In this document: positions 23,911-37,509 of the stretch, one piece after another
Position numbering within the stretch: the stretch's first letter is position 1
How the letters are laid out: the number at the start of each line of letters is the position of its first letter
NCBI RefSeq assembly: GCF_018977255.1
Contig: NW_024704742.1
Coordinates: forward strand, 86,802,001-86,866,000
DNA length: 64,000 bases
From: Callorhinchus milii
Taxonomy: Eukaryota
Direction of reading: 5' to 3'
Translations under genes and position numbers: made by a program
The notes under the pieces: model-generated
Databases searched by the model: none
Told to the model about the DNA's origin: nothing
What the model saw: the letters and a program-made list of their open reading frames with translations, nothing else

Positions 23911-25029
23911 TTTTGTACAACCCAGCCAAAAAACACATGCTAGCTTGAAGAGGCAACACCCAAGCTTGAGATCTACATTTGACCACCCCCGATTTCAGTT
24001 AATTGTGGAAATAAAACGCTAGAACCACATAACGTTTCAATGAGTTAGATATGAAAAAGGTGAAGGCCATTTGGTACACCCAGCCCTCTCCGTCAGACCA
24101 CATACTACAACTTAATAATAAAACTAATTCTTGCATTTGATATAGCGCCTAATCACGTCATTGAGAAGTCTCAAAGCACTTCATGTGATATACTGTAAAG
24201 TGGGGTGATTGTGGAGTTTACGGGCAAAACTTGTATTTATATAGCACCCTTCACACAGGGTAGTTTCACAGAGCACTGAACAATTTATCCCATATCCCAG
24301 CTCCCCACTATGTCCCTCATTATTTTTATTCCCCAAATATCGATCAGTCTCCATCTTAAATTGCTCATCTGTGGATTTCGCAAGAAGATTGTTTTCCGCT
24401 TTATCTTGGTCCTTGCGTATCGGGTTGGCTCAGTTAGCACTCTCACCTCTGAGGCAGAAAGTTGTGGTTTCAAGCTATGTTGAATTGGACCCAGAAGGGT
24501 ACATTATAGACTTCCTCCCTCAGGAGGGAGCATTATACATTGGTGCTGAGTGGATGAAGTAAGGGCAACACTCCTGTATATAGTGTGATTGATTAACAAA
24601 GAGATTGACTGTCTAGAGGGAGTCAACAGCTTTTAGGATTTGGGGGATTTTCAAAACCAAGTCAATACAATATTACGACTTAGGGGATCATTGGGCAGGT
24701 TAGACAGATTTATTTTAGTGTGAGGGCCATGGTTTGATTGACTGCAAAGTGTACTTCTACTATCATCAGACATCTCCATTTTTCCTGTCTACTCATAAGC
24801 ACAAGTGAAGGATGAAAACCAATTTCTCCTTTATTTCTTTAGGTGTACTTTGGGAAATTTGAGGTAACACAAGTGATGGATATTGCCACATTGCTTTTCG
24901 TTTGCTGTGGTTCCTCTTTTCTGTTTTATTTCAGGCCTTTGATGAAAAGGTCACAATTTTGTATTAGTTTGTATAGAACTGAAAGCACATTTGACAGAAC
25001 GTAACAATCTTATAATTTAAAATGTCTCT

Positions 25030-25330
25030 CACCTTCTCATTCCTCCCCCTCCCCACCTTCTTATTCCCACCTCTCCCTGGCATCTCACCACCCTCACCCT
25101 CCCTGCCATCTCACCCCCCCCACTCTCCCCACCATATCACTCCCCCCCCTCCCTCTCACTCCTCCCCGCCCTCTCACTCCCCCCACCCTCCCCTCCCCCC
25201 TTCTCTTTCCCCCCATGCTCGCTTTCCCCCCCCGCCTCCCTTGCCTCTGCCCCACCCGCCTTCCCTCCGCGCCCCCGCCTTCCCCCCTCCACCTGCCTTC
25301 TCATTCCCCCCCATGCCTTCTCATTCCCCC
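25030..25330. repeat. C-rich low-complexity tract
   Basis: Directly visible; explains the Pro-rich ORF 25022-25480. Confidence 0.9.
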
Positions 25331-25371
25331 TATTCTTCTACCATACTGCAAGAACTGATGTGCAGATCCTC

Positions 25372-25693
25372 GGAGTCCTGTAGCTCAGTGGTTAGAGCAC
25401 TCGCTTTGCAAGCGAGAGACCCGAGTTCAATTCCAGGCAGGGCGAAACCTTGGGCAAGTTTCCTTACTTCACACGCCTAATAATAATCCCTCCAAAACCA
25501 AAAACAATAATAAATTGGACATTTTCAATCTACGACTGTTTGTGGGACATTGCTGTGCGCAATTGGCTGCCGCGTTCGCCCACAAATATACAGTCAATTC
25601 ACTTTACAGTGTGTTCTGTGAAGCGCTTTGGGACATCCTCCTGACGTGAAAAGCGCTATATCAAATGCAAGGATTATTATTATTATTATTATT
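25372..25693 (+). mobile_element. Full-length young tRNA-Ala-derived SINE, short subtype
   Basis: GGAGTCCTGTAGCTCAGTGGTTAGAGCACTCGCTTTGCAAGCGAGAGACCCGAGTTCAATTCC head with an intact CTCGC/GCGAG anticodon stem and TGC anticodon; L2-like tail and (ATT)n. Confidence 0.93.
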
Positions 25694-25899
25694 AATTGTT
25701 CCCTTCTCATCATTGGAGTCAGTGCCATTGATCCACACAGAGTCAGATTTTAGTTTGGTTTAGCATGTTCAGCGAAGATTTGCTGATAAGCGCTTATTAA
25801 TCCTCATGAACTCTGCATATACCCAAACAGTCATCCCTTGAGCAGTCATGAGTGGATGAGAACATAATAGTCTGCTCCGAAGAGGATTATTACACGTCA

Positions 25900-26290
25900 G
25901 CTTGGCTCATTGTCGCCTCTGGTTCATAGGGTTGTGTATTCAAGCCCCTGACAGGCTGATCAACCTCACGCTGATACTCCAGCGTAATATTGGTTCAGGG
26001 CTGCATTGTCAGTGGTGGCTTTTTCTGGATGAGACATTACACTGAGGTGAGTCACGTCTGTTGTTCAAGTGGACGTTAATGATCACACAAAACTATTTGA
26101 AGGGAATTTCCCCGGTGATCCTGGCCAACAATCCTTCAAATTAAATAGTAATTCACCTCATTGCTGTTTGTGAGACCTTGCTGGCACAAATAGCTGCAAC
26201 ATTTGCATACACAAATAATCACTACACTTCACAATAGTCACTATAAAGTTGTGAGACATTTTGACATGATAGTGTGCTTTAAAATGCATT
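25900..26290 (+). mobile_element. Near full-length old Deu-type SINE
   Basis: tRNA-like head (ttggctca...tcgcctctg...gttgtgtattcaagccc), Deu-like core gctgcattgtcagtggtggctttttctggatgagacattacactgagg, then cctggccaacaatcc and the tail. Confidence 0.7.
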
Positions 26291-28129
26291 TTTTTTAAAA
26301 AATCACTCCGTGCTTAAACAACCGTAAACATTTCATTATTAGCATGGATTGAAATTGCTTTGACGTTTTAGTCACATGTTGCAGGGGTTATCAAACACGT
26401 TTTACCTTGAACTGCCTGCACTGATTATTTCAAGGTCTCGCTTTCAGGATCTGAATTTTTGAGAGGAATAAAATGTTGCATGGTGCCAAGATGCTTCAAC
26501 ACCCATGGAGGCCACAGTGCAAAGGTCCAGATAAAACATCACCACTGAAGCTTCTAAGGTGGCACCTGTACCAGAATCAGTGTGCTATTGGAACATTCCT
26601 GGTCCTATTTTTCCACATCTAGATAACCTTTCCACCCCTCCTGAAAAAAGTGCATGATTACAAATCAATTACTGTATCTGTGTGTGTATATATCTATATT
26701 TATATAGATACACACACTATTTTAAACCAGTTTGTTTCACTGTACACATCTATAAAGTACTCCCTCATGTGGTGAACCAGTATATTGATAACTCCAAATG
26801 ACATTGATGGGGTGGGGGTGAGGCTACAAATCAGTGAAAAATAGGAATGCTGCTTTTCATTTTAAGGTCCACATGTGCTGACAACATTCCAATTCATGTA
26901 CACGTTCCAACACAAATTCTTTTGCCATGAATTTGGTGAGAAGCCCAGCTTGAAAAGAGGTTTTGTCCAAGCGATCATTTGCTCTCCATTTGCAACTACT
27001 TCTCCAGTTCTGTTCCTATCAGAGCAGAATTGTAAACTTCCAGGATCCACGACAGACCTTGCTTATAAAAATTCTCTGCAGAAAAGCGTTGCCAGGCTTC
27101 CAAAAGAAACCTCAAAGAGCACTAAAGAATGTCAGGCTTAAAAACTAGCTTTTTGATTACACCACAATGCTTTCATTCTTCTACCATACTGCAAGAACTG
27201 GAAACCATGTACACTAAGGATGCCAGTAATTTGTTTTTAAACCTTTATATTGTACAAAAACTAGCACCTCTTTTATACAGCTCTATTCAATGCTGCAACC
27301 CTCTGATACACAGCACTGAATAGAATCATGACTAGAACCATGCTGCAGCCTCCATTGCCATGATCCAGATCAAACCAGGGCAGCTGAATCAGAGGCAACA
27401 TATTGCAAATGACAACCATTCCTATTGATTAATATATGGCCAGCTTTGTCGCAGTTTAGCACCATTTTATGAACATTATAAAAACAACAAAGCACCTACT
27501 ATTGTGTCATTTTGCAGGAAATGAGTTTGCCCTCAAAAAGCATAAACGTGGGAAAGACACACAATAGCCACTGCATCCTTCAAAAGGTTGGGGTGGGAAA
27601 ATTGGGAATGAGGAAACATAACGGGAAGTGTAGTAGGACAATTCAATGCTAAACCATTAGATAGATAAAAATAACTGAGGAAATTTCTCTTCCTGCATTT
27701 GTTCTAAACTTTAGTTGTAACACAAGTAGATGCCATCGTGATAAAGACACTCTTGGTATTTAGGAGCCACCAGTACCATCTAGCTCAAGATTTTTTTTCA
27801 AAATTTGTAATGTGTGAGATGCAGCCATCACATTTATTCAATTCGATCCTTATTTAGACCATTGTACAGTCAGGCTTATACCAGCTTTATCAATGGGTTC
27901 CAACTAACCAAGCAGAAAGCGAAACGGATTGTTTTTTCACCAGTTGATTACACAAGCATGAGGTTGCACAACGCCCAATATGTAGAATTGATAGCAGAAT
28001 TGGGACTACAATCTCCATAAAAATCAAACTCGGTTCTAAAATCATTTAGCTATAAATGGTTTCTTAGGAATGCCAGTCGATGTACTTTACCAACATTAGA
28101 GGGCCCACATCTGTTTGTTTTTGAAAAAG

Positions 28130-28880
28130 GTTTGTTTAAAGGAAAAGGAAATCCTTTGAAAGGCCGTATTTTAAAAAGACATCATCTGAGAGCAACCTTT
28201 CCCCAATTCGCTGTGGTCGCCATGAATCTGCTCTCAAATGGCTAGTGAGTGACAGGCGTGTTCCCTGGGATGATCTTCTCTCCTGCCCCATGGGAAAGAG
28301 CCTGCATGTTTGGGAAATGAACATGATTGTTCTTTGACACCTCTCACTGCTGTTGAGTGTGCCTGGAGGATCATAAACTCGGTAAAGGAGGCCCTTTGGC
28401 ACTCCCAAAACCAGGTGTTCTTCTGGCAGAATGAGGGAACAGTGAGGGCCTGCCTCAGGCTGGTGCACACTAGGATCAGGGACTATATACTGAGGGACAA
28501 GCTGAAGTTCGCCTCAACTGTGGTAAAGTCCAAATGGGGCCTGACCCCGGCAAGAACTGCTCTAGAACAAACTGCTCAGGCGCACCCACCGGTTAGCTCA
28601 CGAGCTCACCCAAAATTGAATGAACAGAAGGACACTCGAGGTGTAACCTTATCAGGGTGTGCGCGAGTGTGCACATGGATGTGGTGCACACAGGGGCGAC
28701 TCTTGACTGTTTTAAAGGGAGTGTCCCAAAAAACGTGTGCACAACCTACGTGCAGTGAAGGAATGTACTGTAAACAACGGAATGCTTTTTGTATTGGGAG
28801 AAATTGTGGTGTCATGCATTGTGTTTGTTTTAAATTTCTGTTGTACCAAATATATTTATAAATATATATTTTCAAAAAAA
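28130..28880 (+). mobile_element. L1/Tx1-clade non-LTR retrotransposon 3' fragment
   Basis: ORF 28310-28861 contains CAWRIINSVKEALWHSQNQVFF...CLRLVHTRIRDYILRD, resembling the W..RN..(V/I)F motif at the C-terminus of Tx1/L1 ORF2. Followed by a T-rich 3' UTR and an A-run at 28873-28880. Confidence 0.7.
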
Positions 28881-28929
28881 TCTCTCACTGCTGCTGATAC
28901 CTGCTGTTTGATAAGAGAAATAAAGGCAT

Positions 28930-29510
28930 ACAACCACAATTTACATTTATATAGTGCCTTTCAGGTTCAGAGGAGGTCTCAAAATGCTTCACCCAGTGGA
29001 CTGGGAGCACAAGCTGGGGGGTGACAACTGAGGAAGGTGGTCAGGAAAAAGGTGTTAAAAGTATGGTTGTAAAGATAAGACGGTGGGGAGGGGGGAACCC
29101 TCAAGGATGGAGTTCCAAGGAGAAGGGATAGAATGCGCACCAGGACGCTACCCCACATGAAGGAGACTATATAAATGCAAGTTGTTGTTGGGACGTTCTC
29201 CCGATTTGAAAGGCGCTTTACAAATGTAATTTTGTTGTTGTTGTTGAATGGCTGAAAAAATTACCCACCTATAGAGCACCAGATTGGGCAGGGTATATGA
29301 AGCAGACTGGTCCTAATGATGTGAAAGGCACTATACAAACGTAATTTGTTGTTGTTCGTGTTAGCTGAGCGGAAAGAGTGCCAGGAGGGGGAAGGGGGGT
29401 TGCAAAGGTAGGGTGGGGCAAGTCTATGGAGGAATGTCAACATGAGAATGAGGATCTTGAATTCAATCAATTGGGGGATGGGGAGCCATTGGAGCCGGGC
29501 CAGACTAGAT
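28930..29510. mobile_element. Nested cluster of L2 fragments and 3' tails
   Basis: Minus L2 end at 28930, plus tails at about 29140-29190, 29190-29247 and 29310-29356, and a minus RT remnant (ORF 29261-29539 LARLQWLPIPQLIEFKILIL). Confidence 0.8.
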
Positions 29511-32500
29511 ACAAGGATCCACATAGGATAAATAAACATATGTTTGTTGAGGGTAGCAAAGACAGAGAGGAGAGAAAATTCATTTGGGAATTGTATTGAA
29601 AGTTTCCTTCCCCTTAAATCTAAAAAAAATTTGAAGAGTCAGAGGAATGCAAGGAAAATTAAGCACACAAAATGTCCCAAAGCAGATGGTTAACAACACT
29701 AACATTTAGCTGTTCTGCACAGCAGAACTTCTCTTTCAGAGCCAAAGCATTTCACTTCAAAGCTCTGATTTTCATTTCTGTACCAAGCATGAATTAACCA
29801 AGAGTCATGTTCAAGAATGTGGGAACCCACAGAGAAAACATTTCGTACACTGTAAATCCCACAGAGTTTCCATTACAGCGATAGTGGTAGGAAATGCTAC
29901 GTTGCAGTTACTGGTCATTGGAATTATAACCATTGTTATTCGAGTGGTGAGTAAACTGCCCCTTTAAAAATGTTTGTTTCCACAAACTAAGTGTCTGACT
30001 ACTACAGTGAATTCCATTTTTAAAGCCACAAATTTGGTGGCAGTTTTTTTAGAACATTGTAACAACTATAAGCATATTGCCTCTTACATCTAGTTATAAA
30101 CTTATATCTATTGGCTCCTGTATCCATGGAGCAGGCCAGAGCACGCTGAGCAAGAAATCAATTTAAAGATTTAAGATGCATGCTGTTATTTACCTATAGG
30201 CATACAAAGAACAGTCCAACTAGTCTATACTCCGCAGTCCCTAGGCTCTTCCTATATCCCTCTATTATCTTCTCGTATTTATTAGCATTCTTGTGCCAAC
30301 ACTCCAACAGAGCTTTATCCAGGCAGAAGGGAACAGAGGGTATGATAAGGAGCAAGGAGTGGGTGGAGACTGATACAGAGTATAAACACCGGCATGTACT
30401 GGTTGGGTCGAATGGCGTATTTCTATGCCGTACGTACAATCTATATAATTCTATTTCCCCCGGTTCATTGTTGCATTTCACTTCAACACATTAAAAGCTA
30501 TTTTTGCTCAACAGCAAAAATCCCATTTGCAATTTGCCATAAAATTAAGCAGGCAGATTTGGTCATGCCATTAGTATTTGAACATTCCCAGCCTTTTGGC
30601 AACTGTTAATCGCAAAGTCTTAAATAGAATACACTTCAATATCAGGGCTCTGGGAGAATGGAATAATTCAATTTTGGCAGATTTTCCAACCATCTGAACA
30701 AATCTCAGCTTGAGGTCAAAACCACAGTTTGCTTTATAGATTCTGACAAAAGGCATTTTCAAGCCCCACGCAGTCTATCTGTAGGACATACCAAACCGAG
30801 TGCACACTTCTCCAGTTTCCCAGAAATGAAGCAGAGACAACTTATGACTATAGTAGTTATAATTGTACTAGTTTTGGGAACAGATCAGTGATTCAGTCTC
30901 TCACTGAGGAGGAGGGAAGGGGGAGGTGGAATGTATATCAGAGGGAGCCTGAGAGAATTGAAGGAGATACACTAAAATGGGGAATAAACTACTTTTCCAA
31001 AACAAGAGGCTTATCCCTTAATATTAAATCAAACTCTGGAGAAGTTGAAGGAAAGGGTAAGGCTCTCTCTTCTCAAGAAGAAAAAAAATACAGGGAAGGT
31101 TTTAGGTGGCTATTCATCTGGATAGGAAAGCCAGGTTGTAATAATAAGGATTAGGATGTGCAAAGCCTTCTGTTGCTTTAGATAGTATTAATATATTGTA
31201 TTTATAATCATCCCGGGCACTTTATTTGTCCAAACGCACAACATGAAAAGGTCAACGAATTGATTCAAATAAATTGGGGGTATTGCCAAAGGGCCAGGGA
31301 GTTATTTTAATCTTTAAGGACTTAATCGAGCTGTCCAAATGAATAGGAGCACATTAAAAACAAAGACTGTCCCAAAAAAAAGAAACATTATTGACCACCA
31401 GCATTTTATTAGTTTAGGGTACATAATGGATAGGCGCACCATTTGTAACCTTGTAGTTAGGGTGCATTCATTTTCTTGTATTGTTTAAAAATACTGTGAT
31501 TAGGAAACACTTTCAAACACCATACATTCATGTGATTCTAAAACTGTGAAACAGCAACCCCACTCAATGCGATGTCTCAGGCAGTAAAGCAATAAACTTA
31601 AATTGTGTTTAATAAATGACAGTTCTGTGGATACTTCATGGAGGTCTGGGCAACGGGGGCTTTATATTCACAAGAGTTGAAAGGCATCACTCTGACCTCC
31701 AGACAAGTCTTCATTGTATTTGTATCAAAGTATTTGTCGTGTTTGTATCCCATATCATCCTCACATCATGAACTGCAGTAAACACAAACAAAGATGGGGG
31801 AGAAACTTCACTTGGGTCTAGATTAATTCTACTTTCGTTGCATTTTTAGAGTGTGCAGAATGTGGCATATTTTTAAATACAGCTTGAACTTCGAAGCCGG
31901 TATTCTGTAAGTTCTTTTAAGAACCACAGAAAACCAGTTTCATATGACTGAATTCCAAACTTGTCAAATTCTGGGTGCTCTCAAATGTTACAAAAATCAA
32001 ATAACCTACAATGGCTCCCCAAATGTGATTTGCTTTCACTCCTGCGCCCACACCACCCCACCCCCACCCAACCCCCACCACCAAGTACACAATGAAAAAC
32101 AACGGATATCGGGGGGGCCAAAGTCAAGATCCCCGAGCTCTCTGTACCCAGAGGATTAACTATCCTCCCACAAACAGTTACAGTTATGATAAGCTCAGAT
32201 CACAGGATTAGGCAGAAAGATTTTATAATTTAAAATGAAATTTAAACCACTAGTTGGAAAAAAAATCACTGTATTCAAAGCAAAGGATAAGAGAAAAGTA
32301 TTAGTGGTTGTTTCAGACAATAATACAGTTCATAACCTTATCCACCCAAAACAGAGCTAACGCTATTTTACCAACAAACACACATATTTCGTCCACTTAG
32401 TACCTAAACGACAATGGTTCTCGCAGTCACCAAACATTGAACCTGAAAAGTTTAGCCGCACACAATGAGTGGTGCCAAGTTGCTATCTTCAGGGTTAGTC

Positions 32501-33099
32501 ATTTATCACTGGATGATATCCTCTGATCTTTGCTAGTTCTACTTCACCATAGCATAGCTTGTTAAACATTTCCCAAAGCGCATCAAAAGCATTTCTGATT
32601 GTAGCACCAGAGATGCGCTTGCTTTACTATTTTCCCACACAGGCTTGTTCTGACAGGCTGAGTGATTGCAGCAGAATCATTTCCTATTCTCAGTCCAGCA
32701 TGTTAGTCATTAAATCCACTGGGATGGGAACATAAAACAGGGTTACATTTTGTAAGAAAAATGTTTTTGCAATTTGAATAAATTTGAACAAAAGCAAATA
32801 ATGTTTTTACATTTCCCTGTAGCTTTCAGCCCTTTTTCGAGTATTTGAAATTCTTTGTATTTCCTTGGCTTATGCAACTCTGCAGAAGTGCTTGAGAGCA
32901 ATTTACTAATAAAGTTGATATTCAAGTTAATATACAAATAAAGCTCTATTCAAGTTAAGAACACAGGTTCATGTGATCTTGCTGATTTTCCCCACATAAC
33001 AGCTACACATTTTTTTACCATGACAAATCACTGCTCCTAAATACTGCTAAAATTCTCAGTTGCCTCGAGGGAATCATCTGAGAAAGACACCAGCATTCA

Positions 33100-33550
33100 A
33101 AACAACAATAACTTGCATTTATATAGTTCCCCTCATGCAGGGTAGCATCTCAGAGCGCTTGACAGTGGCAGAGCATGACACCGAGCCAGAGGAAGCTGAT
33201 TGTAAGCCTGGTTGTAGGTATTTAGGCACGACCTCAGGATGGGGACGGAGTGGGCAAGACGGAGGGATTTGAGGGAGTGTTCCAGTGTTTCGGGGCCCAG
33301 CCCCATTCTCCCAACCATTCCCTCCTGCTGCATTCCCCCCATCCCTGCTGTTCCACCATTAGTAATAATAATCCTTGCATTTGATATAGCGCCTTATCAC
33401 ACCACTGAGACGCCTCAAAGCGCTTCACAGAATATATTGTAAAGTGGATTGACTGTATATTGTGGGCGAAATCCGGGAGCTAATTGTGCACAGTGTTGTC
33501 CCACAAATAGTCGTGGATTGAGTGACTAAATTTTTTGGGGGAAGGATTAT
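33100..33550 (-). mobile_element. L2 3' fragment (33100-33310) followed by a SINE 3' half (33362-33550)
   Basis: Tails acaataacttgcatttatatag and aataataatccttgcatttgatatagcgcc. Confidence 0.8.
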
Positions 33551-34640
33551 AAAATGCACGGCATTTAAAAACTACATTTAGTAACAAGTAATGAGCTTTC
33601 ATCCGTTATTCTCGTCCTCTCTGGAACTCTGTCCAAAATTGCTCTGCCTCACACCCTCTCAGTTTCCCCCTGTCCTCTTTTCCCACCTTGCTTAGGTAAA
33701 TCATTCCATCTGTCTGAAGAGCTTTAAGACATTTCTCTACCTGAAAAGTGTCACGTATATGCAAGTACCCATAACCTGCATGTTGCAGAAACAGCACTTA
33801 CACAATACAGAAAAATACTTTGATTTAGTCACCCTTTTTAAAGAATACTTTGTAGTTGCACCACATTTTGAAGGTTAAATTCAACTAAATCCAAATTCTG
33901 AGACATCATGCCTCTCAAAAGAATTTGCTTTTATTAAAATCGATGCTGGAGCAAGCAAGCCCATGGCAGAGACTGTTTACTCTGTTTACCAACAAACTGG
34001 AGAACAAATGCCTGCCACATCTTCTCCCTTCTCCCGTGAAAGTCATTAGTGTAAACAGGGCATTACCAATCAATCCAGCTGCACAGATTCTCAGGCGGGT
34101 TCAGATTAGCAGATCCCACTAAACTTCTGGAGCCAATCTAATGGAGCCACCATTATATTGACTCCAGAAAAACATTCCACAGCAGCAAATCTAATTACAC
34201 GTGCAAGAATGAGAGAATGATAAAAAGCTGAAAGTGAGTCCACCTTTATCCATCATCAAAGTTCTATTTTACAGCTGATCTAATCGGTTATATGAAACAT
34301 AACAGTTCCTCTTGGTTCAGTTCTGTAAAAGCACAGTAGCATACTCTATGTCTGCTTGGACTTTTAGAACATCAAGGTGGCTCACACATCAAATAATTTT
34401 ATATAGATCCTACCACCACACTGATAGACATGATAAGGAAACTTTGAGCATGGGGTGACAACTGCTGGAAGGCACTATTTGGATGGTTTAGTGAAACATG
34501 ATCATATATTTAGGACTTGGAATCCAAATTGATTAGCATGCAGGGAGGTAAGTCTCTGCTGTTCAAGTGCCACACTACCAAGCTGTGGAACCATTGCTCA
34601 ATGGCAACGGATGTGTGTTTGAGCTATGGGCAGAAAGAGA

Positions 34641-35470
34641 CAATACAAAATTACATTTGTAAAGCCACCTTTCATATCTGGAGGACGTCCCAAGGTGCTG
34701 AACAGTCAGGGTCATTAGGACCCAAGCCGGGGAGGGGGGGGGGCGATTGGGATCAGGTAGGGTGGAGGACAGTGAGTGTAGGAGGGTGGCCAAAGGTACG
34801 CCCGAAGAGGAGGGTCTTGAGGCGTGCCTTGATGGAGGCAAGGGAGGGTGCGAGGCAAAGGCAATGTGGGATGGAATTCCAGAGGGAGGGGGCAGAGAGG
34901 CTGAAGGCCCGAATACCGATGGTGGGGCGGGGGATATAGAACAAGCCGGCAGTGGACAGGTTGATAAGGGGTTAGCAGGGTCGGAGAAGTAAGAGGGGGC
35001 AAGGCCATGGAGGACCTTGAAGGTGAGGATGAGGATTTTGAACTCAATCCTTTGACGGATGGGGAGCTAGTGAAGCCTGGTGAGAGTGGGGATGATGGGG
35101 TTACGGAGCCTGATGCGACAGAGGGCACTAGCTAGAGTTCTGGATTATCTGCAGCTCGTGGAGAGAAGAGTTGGGAAGGCCGACAAGCAGGAAATTGACA
35201 TAGTCAAGCTTGGATGAAATGAAGGCATATAACTTGGGTTTTGGTGGCCTGAGGGGTGAGGCAGTGGCGGAGTCGGGCAATGTTGTGGAGGTGGGGGAAG
35301 GCAGAGCGGGTCATGGCATAGACATGGGGGAAAAAGGATAGTTGAAGGTCAAACAAGACGCCAAGGTTTTGGACTGGCTTAGTGGAGTGTGTATCCATGG
35401 ATGGTGATGCTATCCTGGCAATCGCATGCTGACGGGAGCCAATCGGGAGAGCCTCAGTATCTCAGTATTC
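34641..35470 (-). mobile_element. L2 LINE 3' fragment with RT C-terminal remnants
   Basis: ORF remnants VQNLGVLFDLQLSFFPHVYAMTRSAFPHLHNIARLR and RAFSLSAPSLWNSIP...KARLKTLLF. Confidence 0.92.
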
Positions 35471-37194
35471 AACCATAGAGTTGGCTCTCCAAGGTTGTCC
35501 ACACTCCAAGATGGTGGCAACGCTCTCACACATTTCATGCTAAGATGTGCTGCTCAAAGAAAATTTGCAAGGAGTTTGTGATACCCACTATGTCAAATGA
35601 TCAACTAGTGACAATCCTCCTGGGAAGGGGGAGATACGCAGGATATCCTTGGAGCTGAATTGGCTCCAACAGTCACTGGGGGCAGTGATTCTTCCCATTC
35701 AGCTCATGAAAAGCGCTATATCAAAATGCAAGGATTATGTTAACTCTGCATGCCAGCTTAGCAGGCAGAGTGGTCCTAGACAAGCAGTGGGAAGCTTTCT
35801 AGTCAATGCTCTCAGTGGCAAGCTATGCAGTTTAAGCCGGTTAGACTTCAGCAGTACTCCAACACACACTTTGAAGTCCCCTTTGACTTTCATCAACCTG
35901 CACTTAATACTTTCCCGAACTAGGTGATCACAGAGTATCCTCGAGGGAGAGAGTCCACATTCCATTCCAGACACAGAGAAATTTATACACATAAAAAGCA
36001 TGGTGATAGGTTTCTGCATGTGTCAGACACCCGGCTGGCCAAAAAACATCATCGGCTATGGGACATCCTGCACAAATAAGGAATCTTGGCGATGTCTACA
36101 CTAAACAGTGAGAGCAGAGGCTGAATGTCACACTCAGGCTGCTTTCTGACCTCCACTAGCCTTATTTAGCTGATCAGCTGGTTGTCTTTAGACAAGATGC
36201 TCCTTTTTTGGACTTCAAACGGTGGCTGAGTGAAGGCAGCAAAATCAAAACCAGAACTAAGTACTGTCGTGCTCAACTGGCTCATGTATAAAAGAGTGCA
36301 GAGAATTTTCACAGGAATAGGTTAGAACATAAGAATTGCTAGACGAAAGAAGACCTCTATCCTGGCAGTCGCATGCACATGTCATCTCCCAAACTATATA
36401 CTGTATCCCACGATATTATTTCCTAAAATAAATCTATCTAATATAATTTGCTTTTGAAAGGTGAATGGGCAGGGTACATTAGACAGGCACACTTTTCAAG
36501 AGCAAGATACCCACTTGCTCGTGAAATGCTTCAAACAAAAGAAACTGTCAGCCCCTAGGTCAGCAAAAGTAAGACTGCCCTCTCGCAGAGGATTACTGTA
36601 CTATACAAAATCTGTGTCTGATCATGTGAGGGAACTCACACGACCGCTGGCTTTACGTGCTGCCACTAAGACAGCAAAGAATATACAATCCAACTGCATT
36701 TCAAACTGTCGTGCAAGCGTTTTAATGCTTTGCTCAGCTCGATGATCAACATTCACCTCAAGTGCAATAGTCAGTGCAACATCCCATTGCCCCAGGACAA
36801 CTTTACTGGGATCAAGAGAGTCACAGAAACTTCCCTCTCTCCAATTAAAACCTGAAAAACACAAATCCTCCAAAAAAAAATACTCATTCGTGAAATGTTT
36901 TTTAAAAAAAGAAGTTAATTTGGAGTTTATATTCGTCCTTGTTTTTAAACAACGCATTGATCAAATACATGGAAATAACATTAAGCAGAGATTTATTATT
37001 CCCAGGAGTAGTGAGGGGGTGGGGGGGGGGAGAGAGAGAAAACAAGTTAAGCACAGCACTTGTGTTCGAAAGTGGGAGGGTTTTTAGAAGTGCAAACGCA
37101 AGTTTATATATGTTATATATTATAAATAAACCTCACAGAGTACAGACAGCGACAGAGGCTGCTTTTAGATGCTAACTTGATCAACAAGAATCAC

Positions 37195-37215
37195 CTTTTC
37201 TCTCCTCACAGGCAT
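37195..37215 (-). CDS. TJP2: Probable TJP2 first coding exon (ZO-2A-type N-terminus MPVRREK)
   Basis: acaacATG CCT GTG AGG AGA GAA AAG|gtgatt; phase 0, compatible with the 7719 acceptor. Resembles the human ZO-2A start MPVRGDR and lies downstream of a GC-rich region. The donor is suboptimal. Confidence 0.65.
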
Positions 37216-37509
37216 GTTGTGCTGCTGTGGTGTGTAGTGTGTCTGCGGCTCCTTCCTCACAGCAGGTTCACGGGGGCTGGGCTCACAGAGGCTGAACAGA
37301 CCCCAGGCAGAGTCTCCCCCCCTCACCCACCCTCACTCTCACTCTCACCCTCTCCCCTCTCTCTATTTACTTATCTTCGAAACCAACCCCGTTCTTGTTG
37401 AAGCGCCTCAAAAAAAATTTTTAACAAAAAAAAGCCAAGAACAAATTCCTGCTTTTTATTCGCGACAACAATATCAACAATGAATTTCTCCTCTATGCCC
37501 CACACACAC

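Noticed and set aside
25372..25445. tRNA-Ala(TGC)-like gene (also at 21878, 50948, 59437 and 10483)
   Set aside because: The acceptor stem does not close and the sequence continues into a SINE body and tail, so these are SINE heads.
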